64,000 bases of DNA from an archaeon (GTDB lineage Archaea; Iainarchaeota; Iainarchaeia; Iainarchaeales; Iainarchaeaceae): contig DATDWP010000028.1 of assembly GCA_035289625.1 (NCBI GenBank), forward strand, positions 9,840 through 73,839, read 5' to 3'. The translations under genes and the position numbers were made by a program. Below, piece by piece: positions 1 through 9,547 of the stretch. Numbering within the stretch: the first letter of the stretch is position 1; every line of letters begins with the position of its first letter. Below the pieces are notes generated by a model. It was not told where the DNA came from. It was given only the letters and a program-made list of their open reading frames with translations, and ran no database searches.

Positions 1-465
1 TTTATTTACAATTCACTAACAATTGCCCTGCCACTGATGGTCGGATATGGGCTTTTTTTACTATATTCAAATAGCAAAGAGGGCGCATTCAAAGAAACTA
101 TTGAAACTCAAAAACTAGAGGAAGGGATGGTTGTTGATAGCTATATTGTGGAAGATGACGGAAAAATAGAGTATGTAAAGGGGCCTTCAATAAAAACAGT
201 TATAAAGCAGTTAATGGATAATAAGATGGAAAAAGGATTACTTGAAGATTTTAAAATAAAAGGAAAAGTTATAAGCGGCCCGAACCAAGCTGGCGGGATC
301 AGTGAGGAGGATGCAAAAAAAATAAAGGAGGCGGCAAAAAAAGGCCTTGCACCAAAGACAATTGTAATAAAGAAAACAATGGCTTTTGTGCCTGCAATAC
401 TATTCGCCTACATCGCGCTGCAGCTTAGCGGGGATATTTTATGGAACGTTCTTTTTTATCGCTAA
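1..465 (+). CDS. Prepilin/preflagellin peptidase (A24 family), C-terminal part; 5' end outside window
   Basis: Frame open from base 1. C-terminal 'KKTMAFVPAILFAY' resembles the A24 C-terminal 'PFxPxI' segment. Lies directly upstream of pilin genes. Confidence 0.65.
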   Translation, partial: FIYNSLTIALPLMVGYGLFLLYSNSKEGAFKETIETQKLEEGMVVDSYIVEDDGKIEYVKGPSIKTVIKQLMDNKMEKGLLEDFKIKGKVISGPNQAGGISEEDAKKIKEAAKKGLAPKTIVIKKTMAFVPAILFAYIALQLSGDILWNVLFYR

Positions 466-965
466 ATTCAAAAGGCCAGGCAACAATTGAATTTTTACTG
501 GTAATGATTGTTGCGCTCACCTACATTATTGTTGTAGTGCAGCCAAATGCCGACATTGCAGGATTTGCAGCAGAGGATGTTGCAAACATTTCAAAATTCA
601 AATTATCAACCGAAAAGCTTGCAAATGCAATACAATATGTTTCGATTTCCGGGCAGGGAACAAAAGAGAGCATGGTGTTCTTTTTACCAATCGGTTCAAC
701 CCTCTCCTGCACATCCCCTGCAAACCAACTCACAATAAATTATCCATTAAGATCAAAAGGCAGCACCGGGTGCTTTAATGATGATGACGCTGCAGGCAAT
801 GATCCTAACAATCTCAAGAACTGTAAAAAAATAATAAACCCCGGTGTTGATTTTAGCTGCACCCCTTCAAGCGGGGTTGGAAGCGCGCAATCAACAAGTT
901 CACGAACATATACAACATATGTGCAAAAAGATAGTGCCGGCACAATCAGCGTGCATTTCACGTGA
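441..965 (+). CDS. Class III signal peptide (type IV pilin-like) protein
   Basis: SKG/QATIEFLLVMIV: K-G cleavage site, Q at +1, E at +5, followed by a hydrophobic helix. Confidence 0.85.
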   Translation: MERSFLSLNSKGQATIEFLLVMIVALTYIIVVVQPNADIAGFAAEDVANISKFKLSTEKLANAIQYVSISGQGTKESMVFFLPIGSTLSCTSPANQLTINYPLRSKGSTGCFNDDDAAGNDPNNLKNCKKIINPGVDFSCTPSSGVGSAQSTSSRTYTTYVQKDSAGTISVHFT

Positions 966-971
966 TATTTT

Positions 972-1337
972 ATGAAAGGGCAGGCTAGCATTGAAATAAT
1001 ATTCATAGTTTCTGTTGCAATAGTTCTCGCATTTTTTGTACTCTCAAAATTTGTATCGGTGCAAGATGATGTATTTGTTTCAGCAGCAATTCGCCAAGAA
1101 CTAATCGGGCAGATTGAAAAACTTGATGCAAAATATGAACTTCAAGAAATCCACAGCAGTATGTGCAGAGCAAACCCACGCGATATAATCAAAGTAGTGA
1201 TTCTAATCCAGCCAACACCTAGCGGCCCTGACCAAAGTACACTAACTAGGACAACTACTGCTGCTGTGCAAAAAGTAACAGGACCTTCAAAGGATGTTAC
1301 AGTAGCATACAATAACCTCGCAGCACTCGCCTGCTAG
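972..1337 (+). CDS. Class III signal peptide (type IV pilin-like) protein
   Basis: MKG/QASIEIIFIVSV signature. Confidence 0.85.
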   Translation: MKGQASIEIIFIVSVAIVLAFFVLSKFVSVQDDVFVSAAIRQELIGQIEKLDAKYELQEIHSSMCRANPRDIIKVVILIQPTPSGPDQSTLTRTTTAAVQKVTGPSKDVTVAYNNLAALAC

Positions 1338-1384
1338 GCTCGTCAATCGTCGAATTTTTAATACTTTTATTTCCTAATCCCTAA

Positions 1385-1732
1385 ATGGAACTGGGGGCAG
1401 TAAAATACGCAAGCCTTGCAATCGGCATAGCTGGCCTTTTACTCTTGGGATTTTTTAGCGGGGAAGAGAACCAAGAAATCAGCAAAATCGGAAAAGAGAG
1501 CATTGGCAAAAAAGTTAATCTTTCAGGAGTTATCAGAAACCTTGAAATAAGAAAAGGAAATGCATTTTTCGAACTAGAAAACCAAGGAAGGCTGCAAGCT
1601 GTTTATTTTGGCCCAAAAAGAGAACAGCTCTTAATTTTACAAAACGGCACAAAAATATCAGTGCAGGGCACAATCTCACTCTACAAAAATAAGCTGCAAA
1701 TAATAGCAAGAAGCGTGGGAAAAATTGATTGA
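1385..1732 (+). CDS. Membrane-anchored OB-fold protein
   Basis: N-terminal TM helix, then OB-like 'IGKKVNLSGVI...ISVQGTISLYKNKLQII'. Confidence 0.7.
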   Translation: MELGAVKYASLAIGIAGLLLLGFFSGEENQEISKIGKESIGKKVNLSGVIRNLEIRKGNAFFELENQGRLQAVYFGPKREQLLILQNGTKISVQGTISLYKNKLQIIARSVGKID

Positions 1733-2900
1733 ACAAATAACCTTTGCAATACTTGGAATAATTGCAGGTACAATAACCGGGCTAATTCCGGGAATTCACT
1801 CAAACACTATTGCAATTGCTTCTTTGCACCTTCCATTGCAAAACCCACAAGGGCTTGCAATATTTATTGTCACAATGAGCATTACAAATTCAATTGTGGA
1901 TTCGATCCCCTCAATATTTTTAGGAGCCCCTTCAGAAGAGAGCTCAATAAATCTTCTCCCCGGGCATCGCATGCTGCTTGCAGGCAGAGGACTTGAAGCA
2001 CTCTCACTTTGCACATTTAGTTCACTTTGCACATCACTTTTTTCGCTCCTTCTTTTGCCGATCTTTTTTATAATGGCAACAAATTACACTGAAGAGCTAA
2101 ATTCAGTAATACCTAGCCTAATTGCCCTGACCACTATTCTAATGCTATTGCATGAGAAAAATAAAATAGCGGCTCTCATTGTAATTGCACTCTCAGCTTC
2201 ACTTGGAGTAGTTGCGCTCGGTGCCGGAATTTCCGATCCGCTCTTTGCGCTAATTAGCGGTTTTTTTGGATTTAGCAGCCTTGCAGAATCAATATTTTCA
2301 AAGACAAAAATCCCAATCCAAAAAAAGCAGAGGGCAAGAAAAGAAAAATTGCAAAGCGGTTTTTTGCCGGCTGCAATATCAGGTGCGCTTGCACTATTTC
2401 CCGGAATCGGCCCGGCACAGGCAGCAACAATTGCTGGGGCAGTTTTTTCAAAGCGGTTAAGCGGCAAGGGATATCTTATGCTAACATCAGGAGTAAATAG
2501 CGCAAATTTACTGGTTGGCATTCTAATGCTCTTTGCCCTTGAAAAAAGCAGAACCGGAATGGCTGCATCTATTGCACAAATCATTGAACTTGACAGCACA
2601 ACACTTTTCATTCTCCTTGCCGCTGCAATAAGTGCTGTTGGATTTGCCTGCGCAATAGTTGAAATTCTTGCAAAACCATCAATTGCACTTTTACAAAAAA
2701 TAAATTACCCGCTAGCTAGCGCGGGAATAGCAATATTTCTAATATGCCTTGTTACCCTCTTTTGCGGCCCTCTTGGGCTGCTTGCTAGCATTAGCGCGTG
2801 CGCTATAGGGATTTTTGGGATAAATTCAAAAGTGCAGCGCAGCCAGTGTATGGCATTTTTGCTCCTGCCCACATTTTTAATATATCTTGGAATTGCATAG
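1725..2900 (+). CDS. Tripartite tricarboxylate transporter TctA-like permease (archaeal DUF112 type)
   Basis: GLIPGIHSN, IPSIFLGAP and LLPGHRMLLAGRG motifs; polytopic. Confidence 0.85.
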   Translation: MIEQITFAILGIIAGTITGLIPGIHSNTIAIASLHLPLQNPQGLAIFIVTMSITNSIVDSIPSIFLGAPSEESSINLLPGHRMLLAGRGLEALSLCTFSSLCTSLFSLLLLPIFFIMATNYTEELNSVIPSLIALTTILMLLHEKNKIAALIVIALSASLGVVALGAGISDPLFALISGFFGFSSLAESIFSKTKIPIQKKQRARKEKLQSGFLPAAISGALALFPGIGPAQAATIAGAVFSKRLSGKGYLMLTSGVNSANLLVGILMLFALEKSRTGMAASIAQIIELDSTTLFILLAAAISAVGFACAIVEILAKPSIALLQKINYPLASAGIAIFLICLVTLFCGPLGLLASISACAIGIFGINSKVQRSQCMAFLLLPTFLIYLGIA

Positions 2901-3039
2901 ATGCAAACCAAAAAAACAAGCCCTACAACGCCCATAAATGATTTCAAGCCCATAAATTTAGAGGCCGGACAAGTCAGACTAGGCCTAGTAGGTTTGAATG
3001 CCCCATAACTTTTAAATCCGATTGAGAAGTAAATCTTGT

Positions 3040-3402
3040 ATGTACCAAATAAAGCGCCTTACAATTGAATCAATAATAATTGCCGCAAAAAATACCTACC
3101 CACTTGAATTTTTCTCAATGCTTGGTGGAAAAAACAAAACAATCGAAGAACTTGTGGTTGTACCTGCAACTTTTGGGGAAAATTACTCATCATATAGACC
3201 AGATCTAATTCCATTTGACCAGGCAATAATTGGCACAATACACTCCCACCCATCTATCTACAATCACCCATCGGAAGCAGACCTTGATTCATTTGAAAAA
3301 TTCGGGCAAGTGCATCTTATCATCAGCTACCCATACGAATTAAATACGGTCCGCGCTTTTGATAATAAGGGCAAAAAAATCACCCTGAAAGTGATAGAAT
3401 GA
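3040..3402 (+). CDS. JAMM/MPN (Mov34) metalloprotease
   Basis: YPLEF...GTIHSHPS...PSEADL (E...HSH-x7-S-x2-D); ATG at 3040. Confidence 0.9.
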   Translation: MYQIKRLTIESIIIAAKNTYPLEFFSMLGGKNKTIEELVVVPATFGENYSSYRPDLIPFDQAIIGTIHSHPSIYNHPSEADLDSFEKFGQVHLIISYPYELNTVRAFDNKGKKITLKVIE

Positions 3403-4082
3403 CTAAGCTTGTTCTGGTGCGCCATGGAGAGAGCTTGTGGAATCTTGAAAACAGGTTCACCGGGTGGATCGATATTGACCTATCCGAAAAAGGAATTGAA
3501 GAGTGCAAAAGGTGCGCGCAAATACTTCTCAAAAACAACTACAAATTTGACACAGTTTACACTTCCGTACTAAAAAGGGCAATACATAGCGCCTCGATAA
3601 TACTTGGCACAATGGATCTTAGGGTGCCAATAATTGAAAACTGGCGCTTAAATGAGAGGCACTACGGAGCGCTTGCCGGGCTAAATAAACAAGAGATGCG
3701 GAAAAAACACGGAGAGAACCAGGTCTTTATGTGGAGAAGAAGCTATGACATTGCCCCTCCTGCACTTGGAAAAAATGACCCAAACCCTGCAAAAGACCCA
3801 AGGTATAAATCATTAAAAAAAAGTGAAATACCTCTCACCGAGAGTCTCAAAGATACTGTAGATCGAGTTATACCTTACTGGAAATCTGAACTTGCCCCTG
3901 CCTTAAAGAGCGGAAAGAGCATACTAATTTGTGCCCACGGAAATAGCATTCGCGCGCTAATAAAACATATTGACAAAATTTCAAATGAAGAGATACCAAA
4001 ACTAGAAATCCCCACAGGAAAACCACTTGTATATGAATTTGGGAAAAACCTAAAACCTATAAAACATTACTATCTGGAATAG
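3399..4082 (+). CDS. gpmA: 2,3-bisphosphoglycerate-dependent phosphoglycerate mutase
   Basis: LVRHGESLWN, RFTGWIDIDL, LNERHYGAL, AHGNSIRAL. Confidence 0.95.
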   Translation: MTKLVLVRHGESLWNLENRFTGWIDIDLSEKGIEECKRCAQILLKNNYKFDTVYTSVLKRAIHSASIILGTMDLRVPIIENWRLNERHYGALAGLNKQEMRKKHGENQVFMWRRSYDIAPPALGKNDPNPAKDPRYKSLKKSEIPLTESLKDTVDRVIPYWKSELAPALKSGKSILICAHGNSIRALIKHIDKISNEEIPKLEIPTGKPLVYEFGKNLKPIKHYYLE

Positions 4083-4123
4083 CGGCGCAAGCTTTATCAA
4101 TAAGAAAAACCTATAAAGTAAAA

Positions 4124-4534
4124 ATGCACTCAGACGGCCAGACAAGTATTGACCTGCTACTTACATTCATGGTCGCGCTTGTACTTTTCTCATTTCTGAG
4201 CGTACATTTTGATGATCTTAGCTCTCAAATAGAGGAGGAATCAAAAAGAAACTCCGCCAAATCAATACTGCTTGATGCATACGCTACTATAGGATCGGTA
4301 AAAGCGTACTCATTGCGAGATGTGGAGTACACATCCCCCACACTTAAAATTGCCCAAACCCAAGAGTTGCTCAATTGCCGAATAAGCATAAACCCCGGAG
4401 CATCTACACTACAAGTAACATCAACTACACTACCATCACCCGTGGAATACAGAAGCATTGACCTAACAGGCGTGACATTTTCTGCACAAAGTTTTGACTG
4501 CGGCAGCAGAATAACCATAAGCGCAAACACGTGA
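4124..4534 (+). CDS. Pilin-like protein (class III signal peptide)
   Basis: DG/QTSIDLLLTF followed by a hydrophobic helix. Confidence 0.7.
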   Translation: MHSDGQTSIDLLLTFMVALVLFSFLSVHFDDLSSQIEEESKRNSAKSILLDAYATIGSVKAYSLRDVEYTSPTLKIAQTQELLNCRISINPGASTLQVTSTTLPSPVEYRSIDLTGVTFSAQSFDCGSRITISANT

Positions 4535-4538
4535 GACA

Positions 4539-5072
4539 ATGACAAAAATGCAAAAAGGCCAGATATTTTCAATCGATTTTTTGATAGCGGCAACACTCAC
4601 AGTTCTTGCAATTGGCCTTCTTCTCGGATATTATGAAACAGCAGCAACTTATGAAAAAGAAACCAGAATGAAAAATGAGTTCACTGCAATAGCCCTAAAT
4701 GCGAGTTCAATACTACTTGAAAAAAACCCCTGCATTCGAAGCGCTGGATTTAGTTCACAAGGATATAATGTTACTGGCTGCTCTGAGGAGACAAATTTTA
4801 ATAATTTCTCCAAAACGCAGCTCATGATACCTACTGGATTTAATTGCTACATCCACTGGGAAGGCCCTGACCCTTACAATGGGACACTGGGTGGCTGCAA
4901 TCAAACGGACCCCGGGACAACCCCATTAGACATTGTATCAATACAAAGGCCATTTGTCTCCCCACCACTCTCAACCGGCCTAACAAAGGCAGGTTATGAA
5001 AAATGCATTGAGGAAAATAATTGCCAGGATACTTACCTAGAATTCACACTCACGGTGAAAATATGGAAATGA
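4539..5072 (+). CDS. Pilin-like protein (class III signal peptide)
   Basis: KG/QIFSIDFLIA signature. Confidence 0.8.
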   Translation: MTKMQKGQIFSIDFLIAATLTVLAIGLLLGYYETAATYEKETRMKNEFTAIALNASSILLEKNPCIRSAGFSSQGYNVTGCSEETNFNNFSKTQLMIPTGFNCYIHWEGPDPYNGTLGGCNQTDPGTTPLDIVSIQRPFVSPPLSTGLTKAGYEKCIEENNCQDTYLEFTLTVKIWK

Positions 5073-5353
5073 AAGGGATAATATTCACAATAGATGCAGG
5101 GCTTGCAATTGCAATAGTGATAATGACACTTGCAGCAATTGCCGCGCTCAGTTTCTCAGGATCTGGCGACGCTGCAACCAAAGGGCTTCTTTTCTACAAA
5201 TCAGCAGATGATGCTGTGCAAAAATATTTAGATAACAGTACTAGACCCGAGCCAGATGTTAGCGGAAACAATGTCCACTGCTATCAATTATACGGATATG
5301 CAGGAGATGGAACTGTCAACGAAAAGGTGGAGATATGCCAAAAAGCGGGATAA
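5069..5353 (+). CDS. Pilin-like protein (class III signal peptide)
   Basis: MKG/IIFTIDAGLAI; ATGA overlap with the upstream stop. Confidence 0.75.
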   Translation: MKGIIFTIDAGLAIAIVIMTLAAIAALSFSGSGDAATKGLLFYKSADDAVQKYLDNSTRPEPDVSGNNVHCYQLYGYAGDGTVNEKVEICQKAG

Positions 5354-5856
5354 AGGGAACAATTGCAGCAGTAGTTGCGGCCGGCGCAATGATACTTATC
5401 ATATTCACATTCAATATATCGCTCTCCGGGGAAAATAACAATGAGACATTTACCAAAATACAGCTTGCAAGGGATAATTCCCTAAAAACCGAGAACATAA
5501 TAAGGCTACTTGACAAAGCCACAGCCGACGGATACTACGACAGGTTAGACATTTCATGCAATTCATCAGATTCAAGTCTTGTAAATAGCTATTTCACCCA
5601 AGTAATATCAAATACAACCCAGGGCTCTGTTGGAAAGGAGACATTCAAATGCACATTCACATCAGGCCCTAGTTTTAATGCGCCTAATCTTACGGCAAGC
5701 GGGACACTTGAATGCACATCCAAGATAGGAGACTTTACAACAAAGCATCGCAGGTTTTTTTCATTTGATAAGACTGCGGTCTCTAGTGGTGGAGCGTGCA
5801 CAATAATAGATGCTATCTCAGGATGCATGGAGCAGCCAACATTTAGCTGCCCTTAA
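5335..5856 (+). CDS. Pilin-like/secreted protein
   Basis: KG/TIAAVV hydrophobic N-terminus; Cys-containing, S/T-rich body; in an operon with pilins. Confidence 0.6.
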   Translation: MPKSGIKGTIAAVVAAGAMILIIFTFNISLSGENNNETFTKIQLARDNSLKTENIIRLLDKATADGYYDRLDISCNSSDSSLVNSYFTQVISNTTQGSVGKETFKCTFTSGPSFNAPNLTASGTLECTSKIGDFTTKHRRFFSFDKTAVSSGGACTIIDAISGCMEQPTFSCP

Positions 5857-7261
5857 ATAATTTTGAAACAATCTTTTGCGACCCTGACCCATACTGCATT
5901 GCCTTCTTCGGTTTCATTGCAATAGAAGATGGGACCCCAAAAAGTACTGCAAGTTCTCTTATGGGGGCTTTTCGCAACCCATCATTTGCAGAAAGAATTT
6001 TTTGTGAAGGCTCAATTGCCATTGCCTTTTGCAAAAAATTTAGTGAGAGCAAAGGAACCCTCAATTCTAGCGAATTTGCAGCAAACACCAAATCATCCCT
6101 ATAAAGATTTCTAGACCACATGCGCATTAGTGAAACCCAAATCTGCTCTTCAACTCCGGTATAGCCCTTCTCTTTGAGAACTGAGAGATAATTTGAGTAA
6201 CCTGCAAATACCTCATCGCTTCCTTGCCCGCAAAAAACTACTTTATAGCCATCTTGCGCAATTCTTTTAGCGCAGGCTAGCTCCGGGACAGCAAGGGCTA
6301 TTTGCATCTCATCAAAAAATGAGAGTATTTTTACCGATTCAAGTGCAAGTTTCTGGATATCTTTTTGCGACATCACAATTTTTACCAATGGAAGGCCTAG
6401 CTCTTTTGCTGCTATTTGCGCGCTTTTTAAATCATAACTCCCTTTAGTTCCTGCAACATAGAGCTTTGTATTTTTTACTTTTTGGGAAACTGCACGCGCA
6501 ACAAGAGACGAATCCACCCCTCCACTAAAAATCACTGCAGCAGACTCTAACCCATCACACTGCATCGCAATTGTTTTTTCAAATTCGTTTTTTAGGGAAT
6601 TGATAGACTGTATTTGCGGAGCTGATTTTTTAAAATCTTCAAGAGTGAAAATTTTTTTAACCTGTAAACCTGACTCTGAAATTTCAAGTACATGTCCCGG
6701 TTCAAGAGGCCGTGGAAATAGGATATCAATTTTCATCAAAGCTGCAGGCTCTGAAGCAAAGGCTGCACAAGAACCATTCTCCCCATACCAGAGCGGCTTA
6801 AATCCCACTGGATCGCGGAATGCGTACAATTTTTTCCCGTGCAAAATTCCAACTGCATACTCTCCAATTGCTTTTTGCATAAATTCCAAAAGCGCAGAAT
6901 CAAAATCAATCTTTAACTTTTCATCAAAAAATCTTGCAATCACCTCTGAATCTGAAACTAGAGGTTTTGCGGAAGGATTCAAATCTTTGTAGTTGTAGAT
7001 CTGGCCATTGTGCGAAATTGAAATATCACCAGAACTAAGTGGTTGGATCCCATATCCGGTAGTTGAGAGAAGGCAATGAGCAAGAGCTAAATTAGAAGAT
7101 GGAAGGGGAAGAAGAGCTTTTGTGGATTTTGCTTTTCTTTGATCATTTGGTGTTTTTATGCCAAATGCTTCTGGGCCTCTGTGCAAAAGGCTGCATATGA
7201 GCTTGTGGGCGAGCATGGGCGCATCCGAGCGCTTTGAATAAACCCCTATAACAGAACACAT
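5843..7261 (-). CDS. asnB: Asparagine synthetase (glutamine-hydrolysing)
   Basis: N-terminal Cys (MCS), HRGP, HNGQIYN, RDPVGFKPL, SGGVDSS, GQGSDEVFAGY. Confidence 0.88.
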   Translation of the reverse strand: MCSVIGVYSKRSDAPMLAHKLICSLLHRGPEAFGIKTPNDQRKAKSTKALLPLPSSNLALAHCLLSTTGYGIQPLSSGDISISHNGQIYNYKDLNPSAKPLVSDSEVIARFFDEKLKIDFDSALLEFMQKAIGEYAVGILHGKKLYAFRDPVGFKPLWYGENGSCAAFASEPAALMKIDILFPRPLEPGHVLEISESGLQVKKIFTLEDFKKSAPQIQSINSLKNEFEKTIAMQCDGLESAAVIFSGGVDSSLVARAVSQKVKNTKLYVAGTKGSYDLKSAQIAAKELGLPLVKIVMSQKDIQKLALESVKILSFFDEMQIALAVPELACAKRIAQDGYKVVFCGQGSDEVFAGYSNYLSVLKEKGYTGVEEQIWVSLMRMWSRNLYRDDLVFAANSLELRVPLLSLNFLQKAMAIEPSQKILSANDGLRKAPIRELAVLFGVPSSIAMKPKKAMQYGSGSQKIVSKLFKGS

Positions 7262-7396
7262 AGAAGTGATTTAGCCTAATAAAGATTTAAGAAATAGAGA
7301 GCAGGCGCAAAAATGATCCATAATCTTTGCGGGGAGTTTAGCAATCTGCCTTAGAAAAACCAAAACACTATATAAAGAAGCCCAAAGAAACAAATT

Positions 7397-7633
7397 ATGA
7401 AAAGAAATATTTACGCTGCCCTACTAATTGGCACAATCCTAATAATCGGAGTATTATACATCGAAGGGGTTTTGGGAAAATTCCCTTCACAAACAGAACA
7501 AAAAATACAAATGCAAATAACATCCGATGCGCTAACCGGGAGCGAAAATACCAGTGCTAATGACTCTGAATCTGCCCACAAACAAATTGAACTAAAAAGC
7601 ACAACTGACCATGAAATTTACTTAAAAACTTAA
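7397..7633 (+). CDS. Small membrane-anchored hypothetical protein
   Basis: N-terminal TM helix; TATA-like sequence upstream. Confidence 0.55.
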   Translation: MKRNIYAALLIGTILIIGVLYIEGVLGKFPSQTEQKIQMQITSDALTGSENTSANDSESAHKQIELKSTTDHEIYLKT

Positions 7634-7702
7634 AAATCCCTAATAGGCCTCTTCAGGGCTTAAGGGACTTCTGTGCTTTGGGTGTTTAGAACAAGGATGC
7701 GG

Positions 7703-9493
7703 CTAAACATTATAGTAATATTCGCCACTTCTTTTTTGCTGCTGGTCTAGTTGCGAACCCGGCTTATTTGCCCGCGGCCTACCCGAGCCCGGATCTCGCC
7801 TATAGGTAATATCCATTCCTCGTAAAAATTTATTCATGCCATCTTGCATTGAAACTGCCCCGGCGGCAAACCCCTCAACAGATGCAATGCCATCAAAAAC
7901 AATCAAGCGATCGCTAACATAATCTTGGAACAAAATGTCATGGTCAACTACCATGCAGATTTTTTTATGGGAATCAACAACCGATCTTATTGTATCTGCC
8001 ATTGCAAGCCTATCTTCAATATCAACAAATGCTGAAGGCTCATCTAGAAGCACCATATCGCTCTGGCGGCACAAAGCTAGCCCTACTGCAACTTTTTGTA
8101 GTTCGCCACCTGATAGTTCAGAGAGATTATGATGGGAAAGATCAGTTAGGGCAAGTCTTCTATCCACTTCGCTTTTGAAAATCCCCCTATCAATATCTTG
8201 AGAATCTATAAAATCCCCAACACTAATTCCTTCTTGCGCGCTAATATATTGCGGTTTATATGAAACCTTAAGGCCCAAATCCACTGAACCGGAATCTGGC
8301 TTTTCAATTCCGGCAAGCATTTTTACAAAAGTGGTTTTGCCAATCCCGTTTGGCCCCAAAATGCCCAAAACCTCAGCTTCGCGTAAATCCCCTGGCTCAA
8401 CATGCAGGGAAAAAGAACCCAAAGTTTTTTTGAGGGCAGGATAGGACCCTATGACGCGCTTTTTTTTATAATCAGTTGAGGGCTTTACTTCAAACTTTAA
8501 TTCTTCACGCCTAAACCTCACGTTCTCATCAGAAACAAAGCCTTCCAAAAATTCATTTATCCCATTTTTTGCGCTCTTCTGATTTGACACTATCCCGTAA
8601 ACAGATTTTTTCCCATATAAAATGTTGATATAATCGCTCAAATAATCAAGAACAGCTAAATCATGCTCTATTACCATGACACCTTTTCCGGCATCGGCTA
8701 GAGATCGAATAAGCTTTGCTGCATTGAGGCGCTCTTTTACATCAAGAAAAGAAGTAGGTTCATCAAAAGCATAAAAATCGGCACTCTTGCACGCGGCTGC
8801 TGCAATTGCAACGCGCTGCAATTCCCCGCCGCTCAAATCTGAAATTTTCCTATGCATGATTTTTTCCAAATTGAGCAACTTAGAAACAGAATCAAGCACC
8901 CCCCTCTCATCCGCCTTTTCTAAAAGCTTCTTGCAAGTACCATCAAAAATCTTTGGAATATCAGTGATATTTTGCGGCTTGTATGAAACCTTCAACTTGG
9001 ATTCTTTCAGTCCAAAAAAATACGCCTGCATCTCTTTTCCGGCAAAATGCGAAATCACAGAATCATAATCTGCATCTTTTTCATAGTGCCCTAAATTAGG
9101 GACAAGCTGGCCTGAGAGGGTTTTTAGAATTGTACTCTTCCCAATCCCATTTCTTCCAATAAGCCCTACAACAGAACCATTTTTTACATAAGGGAGGCGG
9201 TAGATACGAAAATTATTTTCCCCAAACCTGTGCAACATATGTTGCGGCGATAGTTCCTGTACAAGATTTTCAATATAAATGCAATCAACCGGGCATTTTA
9301 TCACACAAATATTGCAGCCAATACAGAGATCTTCTGAAATAATAGGAATAATGCGCTTTTGCTCCTCTAGCCCTTCCGGAAGCGTAATGCACTCCTTTCC
9401 CGCCCTATTTACCGGACAGACGTTTCCGCATATATAATTGCACCCATCGCCGTTAATGCAGCGCTCCTGCTCTAGTACTGCTACCCTAACCAT
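7703..9493 (-). CDS. Ribosome recycling ATPase ABCE1/RLI
   Basis: N-terminal Fe-S Cys motifs, two ABC domains with LSGGELQ, C-terminal RPRANK. Confidence 0.97.
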   Translation of the reverse strand: MVRVAVLEQERCINGDGCNYICGNVCPVNRAGKECITLPEGLEEQKRIIPIISEDLCIGCNICVIKCPVDCIYIENLVQELSPQHMLHRFGENNFRIYRLPYVKNGSVVGLIGRNGIGKSTILKTLSGQLVPNLGHYEKDADYDSVISHFAGKEMQAYFFGLKESKLKVSYKPQNITDIPKIFDGTCKKLLEKADERGVLDSVSKLLNLEKIMHRKISDLSGGELQRVAIAAAACKSADFYAFDEPTSFLDVKERLNAAKLIRSLADAGKGVMVIEHDLAVLDYLSDYINILYGKKSVYGIVSNQKSAKNGINEFLEGFVSDENVRFRREELKFEVKPSTDYKKKRVIGSYPALKKTLGSFSLHVEPGDLREAEVLGILGPNGIGKTTFVKMLAGIEKPDSGSVDLGLKVSYKPQYISAQEGISVGDFIDSQDIDRGIFKSEVDRRLALTDLSHHNLSELSGGELQKVAVGLALCRQSDMVLLDEPSAFVDIEDRLAMADTIRSVVDSHKKICMVVDHDILFQDYVSDRLIVFDGIASVEGFAAGAVSMQDGMNKFLRGMDITYRRDPGSGRPRANKPGSQLDQQQKRSGEYYYNV

Positions 9494-9547
9494 GTAGCAA
9501 AAATGCCCCTGGAACCTTTAAAAAAGGCTTTTTGACATTGAATAGGT

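Noticed and set aside
3040..3402. JAMM as part of a CBASS or ubiquitin-like defence operon
   Set aside because: No E1/E2, Ubl or cyclase neighbours; it looks like the stand-alone archaeal JAMM.
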